From a virus, in IMG/VR virus record IMGVR_UViG_3300046115_000069, positions 1 through 52,244 of that record: DNA of 52,244 nucleotides; one strand, written 5' to 3'. This document shows positions 32,322 to 40,500 of the stretch, in pieces (the first letter of the stretch is position 1; each line of letters starts with the position of its first letter). The notes below the pieces were generated by a model that worked only from the letters and a program-made list of their open reading frames with translations, did no database searches and was not told the origin of the DNA. The position numbers and the translations under genes are program-made.

Positions 32322-32969
32322 ATGAGCGACGACATCCTGCGAGCAGCAGGCTTCAGGTCATTGGATGAGAGCATGTTCATTCCGGGACCGGCAAAGGCAC
32401 TAACGTTCTCCGACGTGATGGACCCTGCAGCGGAGTGCCTGATAGCCCACACGGGCCTCGACATGAGCACGGAGCACGGCAAGGACACGCCGAAGCGGTT
32501 CGCGCAGATGCTGGAAGACCTGACGGCGTGCAAGTACTCTAGCGGCGAGCACATGGAAACTTGCATCAAGTGGAAGACGTTCGAGTCGACCAACGACGAG
32601 ATGATCGTGGTGCAGGACATCACCTTCACCAGCGTCTGCAACCATCACGTGGTGCCGTTCATGGGCGTTGCGCACGTCGCCTACGTGCCTCACCGCAGGA
32701 TCGCAGGCCTCTCTAAGTTTGCCCGGGTGGTGCGGCACTTCGCCCGACGCCTCCAGGTCCAGGAACAGCTGACAACTGACATCGCGGACTACTTGGGTGG
32801 GCACCTGGAACCTGCAGGCGTCGGAGTCATCATCAAGGCGGAGCACCTCTGCATGACCATTCGCGGTGTGGAGTCTCCGGGAACGAAGACCACAACGTCT
32901 GCCATGCGTGGCGTGTTCGCCGATCACGCCAGGACGGCCAAGGCCGAGTTCCTCAGCTTCATCCGGTAG
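32322..32969 (+). CDS. folE: GTP cyclohydrolase I
   Basis: VCNHHVVPFMGVAHVAYVPHRRIAGLSKFARVVRHFARRLQVQEQLT. Confidence 0.9.
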   Translation: MSDDILRAAGFRSLDESMFIPGPAKALTFSDVMDPAAECLIAHTGLDMSTEHGKDTPKRFAQMLEDLTACKYSSGEHMETCIKWKTFESTNDEMIVVQDITFTSVCNHHVVPFMGVAHVAYVPHRRIAGLSKFARVVRHFARRLQVQEQLTTDIADYLGGHLEPAGVGVIIKAEHLCMTIRGVESPGTKTTTSAMRGVFADHARTAKAEFLSFIR

Positions 32970-32993
32970 TCGCCATGCCTACCGGATCGCCAG

Positions 32994-33021
32994 GCTCGCG
33001 TTCGCCCTGCGGAACGCGAGC
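32994..33021 (+). terminator. Hairpin GCTCGCGTTC-gccctgcg-GAACGCGAGC
   Basis: 10-bp perfect stem between folE and the MazG-like gene. No U-tract, so it may be an attenuator or a processing site. Confidence 0.45.
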
Positions 33022-33116
33022 TGCCTATCAATGGCACATCAGGGGCAAGACTGTGCCGTGCGAACGTTGTAGTGCTGCCAATGCACTATACGAAAAGCTA
33101 CGAAAGAGGGCGAAAC

Positions 33117-33587
33117 GTGGAAATCGTTGACCTGATCGACACAGCACTAATGGACAGTGAGCGTTGGTTCCCTGACAAGGCCCATGAGCCTTTCTTCGTC
33201 GCAGCCTGCATGGCCGGCGAGGCTGGTGAAGTTATCAACCTAATGAAGAAGGTGGAACGCGGGACGCACACATGGACACCTGAGATGAAGACAGACGTGG
33301 CCGAGGAGATCGCTGACGTCTTCACCTACATGCTCGGGCTCTGCGGAGCTCTCGAGATCAATCTCGAGGAGGAGTACCACAAGAAGCGGAAGGCGAACGA
33401 CATCCGCTTCTCGGCCCGACGTGCACTGACTGAGGAGGCCATCACCAGCCTGACGCAGGTCATCCGACACGCAGGCCCGCCCATGGTCGTCGACCTCGAG
33501 GACCGCAACCGTCGACACCAGGACGGGCTATTCCGTTCGCCGGGCGAACGGTGCATGCGCACCAAGTGCTGGTGCGTTACAGCGTGA
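33117..33587 (+). CDS. mazG: MazG-like nucleoside triphosphate pyrophosphohydrolase
   Basis: AGAGGG RBS before GTG 33117. GEAGEVINLMKKVERG and EEIADVFTYMLGL helices. Confidence 0.75.
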   Translation: MEIVDLIDTALMDSERWFPDKAHEPFFVAACMAGEAGEVINLMKKVERGTHTWTPEMKTDVAEEIADVFTYMLGLCGALEINLEEEYHKKRKANDIRFSARRALTEEAITSLTQVIRHAGPPMVVDLEDRNRRHQDGLFRSPGERCMRTKCWCVTA

Positions 33588-33871
33588 GCGACGAGGTCGA
33601 CACGCCGACTGCGTTAATCGAAGAGGCCAGCAACGCCTTCGACACCCTCTGCGAAGAACGACATGTGATGGGATCCGCCAAGTACGGTCCCGTCAAGTTC
33701 CTGACGATCAACTCCATCGAGGAAGCAATGGCTGAGGTCCTCGACCTGGCCAACTACGCACGGTACACGTTCATCAAGCTGTGGCTACTGAACAGGCAGA
33801 TGCAGGACATCATCCCGCAGGAGAACCTTGGCACCAACAGCTTCGTGCCGAACAGCAAGGATGGTACATGA
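33584..33871 (+). CDS. Small all-alpha protein, possibly a second MazG/NTP-PPase-like protein (95 aa)
   Basis: GTGA overlap start. ...ERHVMGSAKYGP...EEAMAEVLDLANYARYTFIKL. Resemblance is weak. Confidence 0.4.
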   Translation: MSDEVDTPTALIEEASNAFDTLCEERHVMGSAKYGPVKFLTINSIEEAMAEVLDLANYARYTFIKLWLLNRQMQDIIPQENLGTNSFVPNSKDGT

Positions 33872-34680
33872 AAGTAGCCCTCATTCCCCCATTGGGTTGG
33901 GAATCCTACCTTGCACAGTCCACAGGCATCTTGATGGCATTGGCCCTAGAGACCTGCATCGAGAGCATGAACTATCCAGCAAGCATGCGTCTCGTTCGTG
34001 GTACAAGCAAGGCCCTCTTGATCCTCGACAACGGTGCCGCAGAAGGTCAGCAGGCCAAGAACGGCGCCATGAACAAGTTCGCACAGCACCTAGGAGCTCA
34101 CGAGCTCGTCCTGCCTGACGTGCTGGGATCACGCATGGGGACAATCGCGAAGGTGCATGAGTACTTCCGGTACACCAAGTGGGATACCGCTCTCACCTAC
34201 ATGGGTGTGGTACAAGGCGACAGCGTCCGACACGCACAGCAGTGCATTAGGGACTACGCCGGCATGCAGGTGCGCAGTTTCCCAGAGTCGCCCGAAGTGC
34301 TGCAGCCGATCAAGACGCTCGGCATCCCTCGACGTCTGATCCAGACCACCGAGGAGTTCTCAGTTCGTATCGACTTGGCGAACTGGATCACCGAACACTA
34401 TGGACGTCGCTTCGAGATCCACTTTCTGGGCGCTGCAGGTGTGTGGCCCCAAGAAGTCAAGTACGCAGCCAAGTACGCACCACAAGTCCGCTCGATCGAC
34501 ACGTCGTTGCCGTTCGTCTTCGCCCACCACAACGTCGACCTCGCGGCGATGACGTCAGCTCGACCCCAGACACGCAAACTCGAACGGCCGACGGGCTACA
34601 TGGTCGGCAGCCTGGTGAACAGGAATCCGACACTCATCCAGTCGAACATTGACACCTACCTGGCCTGGGCAAGGAGCTAA
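33868..34680 (+). CDS. dpdA: DpdA-like DNA (7-deazaguanine) transglycosylase, TGT fold
   Basis: The strand pattern LILDNGAAEG / LVLPDV / GVVQG / LGIPR / HFLGAAGVWP / VRSIDTSLPF parallels the TGT blocks DSGGFQ / ..D.. / IVQGG / IGGL / LLGVG.P / D.FD...PT. Lies in the que cluster. Confidence 0.7.
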   Translation: MKVALIPPLGWESYLAQSTGILMALALETCIESMNYPASMRLVRGTSKALLILDNGAAEGQQAKNGAMNKFAQHLGAHELVLPDVLGSRMGTIAKVHEYFRYTKWDTALTYMGVVQGDSVRHAQQCIRDYAGMQVRSFPESPEVLQPIKTLGIPRRLIQTTEEFSVRIDLANWITEHYGRRFEIHFLGAAGVWPQEVKYAAKYAPQVRSIDTSLPFVFAHHNVDLAAMTSARPQTRKLERPTGYMVGSLVNRNPTLIQSNIDTYLAWARS

Positions 34681-34681
34681 C

Positions 34682-37078
34682 ATGAGCGAGGACCTTCTTC
34701 TCCCACCTACTTGGATTCGTCGCCACCCCAAGGCAGTGTGCGAAGAATGTCCTCTGAACGTTCCGGAGAACGGCTTCGTCCCTTCGGTAATGCCCAAGGG
34801 GGCCTCGTTGGCAATCGTCGGCGAGGCCCCCGGCTTCCAGGAGACAGCCTACAAGCGGCCGTTCATGGGACCATCAGGCCAACTCCTGAAGCGAGTGTTG
34901 GCACACCACGACATCCCCGTCCAGGATGTGATGCTAACCAATGTATGCCTATGTCGTCCTCCAGACAACGCGACTCCTCCTAAAGCTGCCATCAACGCGT
35001 GTCGTCCGCGCCTCCTTACAGAGCTCGCCGAACAACGGATTCAAGATGTTGTTGCTCTTGGGTCGACCGCGGCACACGCTCTCATTGACAGTACTAGTTC
35101 TATCACCAACCTTCGCGTTGGTGCCCCTAAGCCACCCACTGTCTCACTCGGCGGATCGACTATTGAAAGAGTTGTTGCAACGTGGCACCCTGCGTACTGT
35201 CTACGCAGCGCTGACAATTTTCCATCGTTCGTCACTGACGTCGGCAAGCTAAAGGAGTCACAACGTGAGCCTTGGAGTGAACCTCGGTACCAAGTATTTG
35301 ACGATCCTGACGACGCCCTCGCCGCTATTGCTGAACTCGAACTTGTTACGGACACACTCGTCGTTGATATTGAGGTCGGTATTGACAAGGACGAGTCCTT
35401 CTTCCACCCTAACGAATTTGACATGCTCTGCGTGGGACTCGCTTACGCAAAAGGGCGAGTCGTGGTCATTGGTCAGATTGCACTTACCTTCCAACGAGTT
35501 CGAGATGCACTCGCCCAACTGCTGCGGCGAAAGAGACTTGTCGCGCATAACGGTAAGTTTGACCTCGCAGGTCTCCAGCCAATCTGCGGGACCCTTCAGC
35601 TATGGTTTGACACTATGCTCGCATCCTACGCACTCGATGAACGCCCTGGAAATCATGGCCTTAAAGTCCGAGCTGTCGAAGATTTAGGTGCGCCGAAGTA
35701 CGACGACGAGATCAAGCAGTACATTCCCAAGGGGGACAAGAACTATGCCAACATCCCCCGACCTATTCTGTATAAATATAACGCCTACGACGTTGCGTGC
35801 ACGTGGGACCTATACGAGTTGTTTGTCGAAAGACTCGAGCTTAGGAACCTGCGGCGGGTTCACGACATGCTTGTTGCGGCTAGCAATCAACTCATGTTCC
35901 TCGAACTCAACGGAATCGCCTTCGACCTCGTCTACAACTTCCAACTCCAAGGCGAGTACAGGGAACGTCTCGCAGAGATCGAAGGCAAGCTAGACGCCAT
36001 CGTCAATGCTGCCACGGAGGGCATTCAGCCCTTCATCAACCCACGATCGCCAAAGCAGATCAAAGAGTTCTTATCTTCTGTGGGCATCATCGTTGAGTCA
36101 ACGAACGTTGCCACGTTGACACTTGTCAAGACGAGAATCTCTCCCAGGTCGTACGCGGGACAGTTCATCAACACGCTTCTGATCCACCGTAGAGAACAGA
36201 AGTTGTTCTCTACGTATGTAGTCGGACTGGTCAAGAGAGTCTACCGTGGACGCATCTATACCACCTACATGCTGCACGGGACAACGTCAGGTCGCCTAGC
36301 TAGTCGCAATCCTAACCTGCAAAACATCGTTCGAGACAAGGCCATTCGTAAGCAATTCGTTGTCAGTCGCGTTGGGAACATATTCATCCAGGCTGACTAC
36401 AAGCAGGCTGAACTCCGAGTCATGACCACCCTAGCGAAGGATGAATACTTCCGTGGCATCCTCGCCGACCCCGAAGCTGACCTCTTCACTGAGTTGGTAT
36501 GCCAGCTATACGGCATTGACAGGGACCAGGCGCTTGACGGTTCGGCGCAGTCGAAAGAAATGCGGATTCGTATCAAGGCCTTCGTGTACGGTTTGGGTTA
36601 CGGCCGTGAGGTCAACTCCATCGCCAAGGAATTCAAGATTCCGTTTAGTGAAGCTCAGGTACTCCGCGACGGCTTCTTCGACCTCATTCCCAGCATTGTT
36701 CGTTGGCAGCACAATGTCAAGGCGATTGTACATAAGACTGGTCGGCTGATCACACCATTCGGCCGACAGCGCCGCTTCCACCTAATCACCGACCAGAATA
36801 GGAGGGACGTTGAGAACGAAGCATTGTCGTTCCTGCCTCAGTCCACTGCCTCCGACATCTGCCTGCGAGCGTTCACAAATGTGCGCCCGCTGCTTAAGGG
36901 TCTTGCTTACGTTCGTCTTACCATCCACGATGCGTTGGTGGTCGAGTGCGCTGAGGATCGACGCGACGTGGTTGGCGATATCCTCACCACTGCCATGGAG
37001 GCTTCAGGTCGCCAGTTCACCGACTATCTTCCTTTCGCCGCCGGCCTCAGCTATGGCAAGTCTTGGGGGGACCTGTGA
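34682..37078 (+). CDS. polA: Family A DNA polymerase with an N-terminal family-4 UDG-like domain and a 3'-5' exonuclease
   Basis: UDG domain: CEECPL, GEAPGFQETAYKRPFMGPSGQLL, CLCRPPDN, WHPAYCLR. Exonuclease: VVDIEV. Polymerase: TSGRLASRNPNLQNI, IQADYKQAELRV, RIKAFVYGLGYG, IHDALVVE. Confidence 0.9.
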   Translation: MSEDLLLPPTWIRRHPKAVCEECPLNVPENGFVPSVMPKGASLAIVGEAPGFQETAYKRPFMGPSGQLLKRVLAHHDIPVQDVMLTNVCLCRPPDNATPPKAAINACRPRLLTELAEQRIQDVVALGSTAAHALIDSTSSITNLRVGAPKPPTVSLGGSTIERVVATWHPAYCLRSADNFPSFVTDVGKLKESQREPWSEPRYQVFDDPDDALAAIAELELVTDTLVVDIEVGIDKDESFFHPNEFDMLCVGLAYAKGRVVVIGQIALTFQRVRDALAQLLRRKRLVAHNGKFDLAGLQPICGTLQLWFDTMLASYALDERPGNHGLKVRAVEDLGAPKYDDEIKQYIPKGDKNYANIPRPILYKYNAYDVACTWDLYELFVERLELRNLRRVHDMLVAASNQLMFLELNGIAFDLVYNFQLQGEYRERLAEIEGKLDAIVNAATEGIQPFINPRSPKQIKEFLSSVGIIVESTNVATLTLVKTRISPRSYAGQFINTLLIHRREQKLFSTYVVGLVKRVYRGRIYTTYMLHGTTSGRLASRNPNLQNIVRDKAIRKQFVVSRVGNIFIQADYKQAELRVMTTLAKDEYFRGILADPEADLFTELVCQLYGIDRDQALDGSAQSKEMRIRIKAFVYGLGYGREVNSIAKEFKIPFSEAQVLRDGFFDLIPSIVRWQHNVKAIVHKTGRLITPFGRQRRFHLITDQNRRDVENEALSFLPQSTASDICLRAFTNVRPLLKGLAYVRLTIHDALVVECAEDRRDVVGDILTTAMEASGRQFTDYLPFAAGLSYGKSWGDL

Positions 37079-37132
37079 CACTGATGCCATCGACGCACTG
37101 AGGTACGCAATCTACCGCCTGAAGAGGAGGCA

Positions 37133-37327
37133 ATGGTGAAAACCAAATTCATCGACACGTGCGATGGCGGTAAGGAGTACGAGATGGATCACTGCCCGCT
37201 ACTCCAATTCAAGATGTTGATCCATGGCCTATGGGGTAGTCGCCGCGTCATAGACGTGATACTGAACGTGAACCACGAGGAGCCACGGCAGACCATCTTC
37301 CTGGGGTTGGTGAACATCCATGCCTAG
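37133..37327 (+). CDS. Hypothetical protein (64 aa)
   Basis: AGGAGG just upstream (tight spacing). TAG stop. Confidence 0.45.
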   Translation: MVKTKFIDTCDGGKEYEMDHCPLLQFKMLIHGLWGSRRVIDVILNVNHEEPRQTIFLGLVNIHA

Positions 37328-37640
37328 GGGCAACGTGATGGAAGTTGGCACCGAGCGTCGGGCGCCGAACGGTTACTGGTACGTCAAGACCGAAGACCGC
37401 GGCTGGGTGCTGAAGCACTGGCTGGCCTGGGAGAAGTACAACGGTCGCAAGGTCGACAACACCAAGGAACAGATCCGCTTCGCCAACGGTAAGAAGGAAG
37501 ACTTCAGCCCTGAGAACCTCCTCTGCATCCCCAAGGGCAAGGTTAGGATCCGTCAGAAGTTGGCCTCGCTGTATGCACAACGTGATGACGTTGCTGCACA
37601 GATCGAATACTACGAGAAAGGCCTGGCGGAAGAGAGCTAG
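37320..37640 (+). CDS. Degenerate HNH_3/AP2-like homing-endonuclease-related protein
   Basis: NGYWYVK...LKHWLAWEKYNG...IRFANGKKEDFSPENLLCI follows the HNH_3 layout, but the catalytic His positions are replaced. Confidence 0.5.
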   Translation: MPRGNVMEVGTERRAPNGYWYVKTEDRGWVLKHWLAWEKYNGRKVDNTKEQIRFANGKKEDFSPENLLCIPKGKVRIRQKLASLYAQRDDVAAQIEYYEKGLAEES

Positions 37641-37800
37641 AGCTCTAGTGCTGAGCGAGAGCGTTCCTTAGCATTTGTGCATACTTAGACCTTAGTTAGA
37701 CAGAAGGAATTACGCTCAGCGCTACTTACTATAGCAGCAAGATCGCAAGTATCTAATTGCGATCTAAGCTTGTACGGACCTTCGGCCAAGGCTCCACACG
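37641..37800 (+). repeat. Structured intergenic repeat E3
   Basis: TAGTGCTGAGC and box TTGTGCATACTTAGAC (37675-37690). Hairpins GCTGAGCG/CGCTCAGC and AGATCGCAA(37740-48)/TTGCGATCT(37757-65). Ends with CTCCACACG (37792-37800). Confidence 0.8.
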
Positions 37801-37817
37801 CACATAGGAAGGGCGTC

Positions 37818-38234
37818 GTGCGCATCATCACAGGAGACAGAGGCAGCGGTAAGACTGAAGCCATGCTGAACTGGTTCCTCGACCCGTTCAACGGCTTCGG
37901 CAAGAGGCTGATCATCGTTCCCAACATGGAAGAGCAGGCGTACGTTCAGCAGCGAGTTCGATCCTTCGGACACACGCACAGAATCCCGGCCGTTGACATG
38001 ACGCACGCCCATCGCCGCGTGGTAGTTTGGGGCCCAGAGGTCCGCCGCGTGACCATGGGCATGGACATTCAGGAAGTGTGGGTGGACAACATGGACACCA
38101 TCATCGCCCAGGAGCTTCGACTTCACATCCTGCGTGAGAAGTTCACCTTCACCATGACCGATCCTGTCGAGACCGAACACATCGTCCTTGGCGGGTCCAC
38201 GATCAAGAAGGTCGAGGGTAAGCCAGGTGACTGA
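37818..38234 (+). CDS. Small P-loop NTPase (138 aa)
   Basis: AGGAAGGG RBS 4 nt before GTG. Walker A GDRGSGKT, Walker B-like EVWVDNMD. Confidence 0.6.
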   Translation: MRIITGDRGSGKTEAMLNWFLDPFNGFGKRLIIVPNMEEQAYVQQRVRSFGHTHRIPAVDMTHAHRRVVVWGPEVRRVTMGMDIQEVWVDNMDTIIAQELRLHILREKFTFTMTDPVETEHIVLGGSTIKKVEGKPGD

Positions 38235-38727
38235 TCCAACGCAGCTCGTTGGCAACCAACGTATCCTGGCGAATGACTTCGGACCGCACCACGGCTTCAC
38301 CCTCTTCGAGGCAGGCAAGATCACCTCCTGGGAGTTGGAGCTCGGCGAGGACGGACACTATCAGTTCTACAAGGCCCTGTACGAAGTGATGACGCCCAAC
38401 ACGATCTTCATCGGCGAACGCTTCCTACACCTACACGAGTTCGCCAACCGGCCGAAGATCGACCTTACGGCGCCCGAGTACATCGGCGTGGCGAAGCGAG
38501 CCATTCAGGAGCACAAGTGGACCGCCGTGTGGCAGAACGCTGCACAGGCCTGCGGCAAGACGGCCTTCTGGGGCGACAACTCCAAGCCGGGCGGGGGCAA
38601 CGAGAAGATCAAAAAGCTTGGCCTGTGGCTCCCTGGGAAGCGGCACGCCATGGACTCGCTTCGACACTTCCTATTCTGGTTCAGCTTCACCCACGGCAGC
38701 GACTACTTCCTGCGCCAGCTTCGCTAG
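38227..38727 (+). CDS. RuvC-like Holliday junction resolvase
   Basis: GTG overlapping the upstream gene. Acidic catalytic candidates ANDFGP, IGERF and HAMDSLRH, spaced as in an RNase H fold. Confidence 0.55.
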   Translation: MTDPTQLVGNQRILANDFGPHHGFTLFEAGKITSWELELGEDGHYQFYKALYEVMTPNTIFIGERFLHLHEFANRPKIDLTAPEYIGVAKRAIQEHKWTAVWQNAAQACGKTAFWGDNSKPGGGNEKIKKLGLWLPGKRHAMDSLRHFLFWFSFTHGSDYFLRQLR

Positions 38728-38739
38728 ACAGTCTACTGA

Positions 38740-38783
38740 CCCGGCATCGAGGGACCTGGTTCGGGGATACCAGGGATGCCGGG
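38740..38783. terminator. Bidirectional terminator hairpin between the convergent arms
   Basis: CCCGGCATC(38740-48)/GATGCCGGG(38775-83) with inner CCTGGT/ACCAGG. Lies between the plus-arm stop 38727 and the minus-arm stop 38792. Confidence 0.75.
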
Positions 38784-38791
38784 CCAGCAGT

Positions 38792-40168
38792 CTATTCGGA
38801 CGTCATCACAACGAGAACGCTGCTTCCCGTCCGCACAGTGAGGACCTCTGGACTAGTGGTAATCGTAGTGACAAACGGCCCAGACCGAACGACTACATCA
38901 GGCAAGATCGGGATCACACTTGGCAGGTCAAGACCGAGAAGGTAATCGACCGTCGACAGAAGTCCAAGTGTCTTTCGCTTCAGACGTCCGAACGGTAGAA
39001 CCGTATTGGTTTCCTGAAGCATTCCCAAAGGTGTGCCATCAGGGCTTGTAACGCTTAGCACGCCGTCGTTCGTTGTCAGCAGACCAAGCGTTCTGCTACG
39101 CCGACGAGTCATCTGCTGTGTGGCGCTTGTGTCTCCGATGAGGCCGAGGATCTTGCTCCTTGCACGTCCCAGGGAAAGCATTGAACTGCTGTCGCTAGGG
39201 ATTCCCAGTGTCTTCCGCTTGAGCCGATTGAGGCCTAGTGTTACGTTGGTCTCAACAAGTGTACCAAGCGTACGCCATCTTAGCCGCGTGAGGGATAGTC
39301 CCACGTCGGTTGTTGCAAGTATTCCTAGTGCGCGGCTGTGCCTCTCCTGCACACCTAGGACAGTGGCAGTTTCCTGCAACGCGCCCAAGGCGAGCGTCCT
39401 TCTCCGACCCATAGCCTGCACCGAGCTAGTGTCAGCGAGGATGCCTAGGTTGCCGATGAGAGGTCCGCCTGTCGACGCCTTAATACCGTACGCGGCGAAG
39501 TTGTTGGTGTTACTTGACGATGGCGCGCCTGTGGACATCGTTACAGAACTGGCAGGACTGGTCACGGCATTCTGAATGCCGACATACACGCGCGCGTCAG
39601 GCGCGCCAATGGAGTCAGACACAATGGCTGTCTGACTTGCGCCGGCTGTCATCGCCGCTGCAAGGTTCCAGTCCATCGCAGCAAGGAAGCCACGTGAACC
39701 GTCCGTGACGATAGAGATGGCTTGGGAGATGACTGCGCCAGCGTTGGTGCCTTCGACAACCACGTCGATCGGGTTCGAGGTGTCCACGCCTGTTGTCATG
39801 ACGCGGACGTAGATACCTGCAGGGTTGTTGGTGTTCGTACCAGTAGTCGTAACGGTCATCGCTACGCCGGTCGAGATTGCCCAGTAGCCCTTGATGTGAC
39901 CGTTCGCGAAGCCGGTGCCATCGCTCGCCTTGGATACTTCGTAGAACGCTGTCCAACCAGATACGGTGCCGCCGGTTGTTGTGTCAACGCCATCGCTGGA
40001 AGTGATCGCCGAGGAGTTGGTTAGGTTGCCGCCGGCCGTATCATGCTTGCAGTTGGCGACAAGGACACGGCCGGCTGGTGGCGTGAAGCTCGCAGTCGTG
40101 ACCGCCTTGGAAGCGCTATTGGCCTTGGCGTAGGCCGGAGTAGTAGCATCGGCGTCGCCGACGGCCAT
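38792..40168 (-). CDS. Terminal late protein: putative tail fibre/receptor-binding protein with nine 20-aa repeats
   Basis: GAGGAGG RBS. 458 aa. The N-terminal ~230 aa are Thr/Ser/Gly-rich and beta-like. Residues 241-420 are strictly periodic (LG at 241, 261, ... 401). Confidence 0.65.
   Translation of the reverse strand: MAVGDADATTPAYAKANSASKAVTTASFTPPAGRVLVANCKHDTAGGNLTNSSAITSSDGVDTTTGGTVSGWTAFYEVSKASDGTGFANGHIKGYWAISTGVAMTVTTTGTNTNNPAGIYVRVMTTGVDTSNPIDVVVEGTNAGAVISQAISIVTDGSRGFLAAMDWNLAAAMTAGASQTAIVSDSIGAPDARVYVGIQNAVTSPASSVTMSTGAPSSSNTNNFAAYGIKASTGGPLIGNLGILADTSSVQAMGRRRTLALGALQETATVLGVQERHSRALGILATTDVGLSLTRLRWRTLGTLVETNVTLGLNRLKRKTLGIPSDSSSMLSLGRARSKILGLIGDTSATQQMTRRRSRTLGLLTTNDGVLSVTSPDGTPLGMLQETNTVLPFGRLKRKTLGLLSTVDYLLGLDLPSVIPILPDVVVRSGPFVTTITTSPEVLTVRTGSSVLVVMTSE
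38909..39448 (-). repeat. Nine tandem 60-nt (20-codon) coding repeats
   Basis: Protein repeats LGxLxxTxxx-LxxxR(L/R)(K/R)(R/W)(K/R)T, for example LGTLVETNVTLGLNRLKRKT and LGMLQETNTVLPFGRLKRKT. Confidence 0.85.
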
Positions 40169-40179
40169 GGCTTACCTCC

Positions 40180-40500
40180 TCACAGTCCCGCAGTGACCTG
40201 AGCGCTCTGAAGGTCCTCGATCTTGTCGAAGCCGAACGCGACGAACTGTCCACGGCCGATGCTCGACGGCCCAGCCAGGATCGTGAACTGCGTCTCTGTG
40301 CCGTCAGGGACGCCGTTGAGCCCGACACCAAACAGGATCTTCGTGTACATGCAGTCGGCGTCGCGTTGCACGTTGGCATTCAAAATGGCCCTGGTGTTGT
40401 TGTTGAAGTTGACGGTCAGCGTGATCGCCTTGTTGGCGTAGTCAGCGAATCGGGTCTCCCACGGTGACGGCTCGACGTCGCCCCTTGCCTGACCAGCCAT
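40180..40500 (-). CDS. Hypothetical beta-rich protein (106 aa)
   Basis: TGATG coupled start. Confidence 0.55.
   Translation of the reverse strand: MAGQARGDVEPSPWETRFADYANKAITLTVNFNNNTRAILNANVQRDADCMYTKILFGVGLNGVPDGTETQFTILAGPSSIGRGQFVAFGFDKIEDLQSAQVTAGL

Noticed and set aside
37675-37700. The box TTGTGC within the E elements read as a -35 hexamer of a promoter.
   Set aside because: The hexamers 16-18 nt downstream (TAGACA, TAGATC, AGATCG) do not fit a -10 consensus, so the function of the box is left open.
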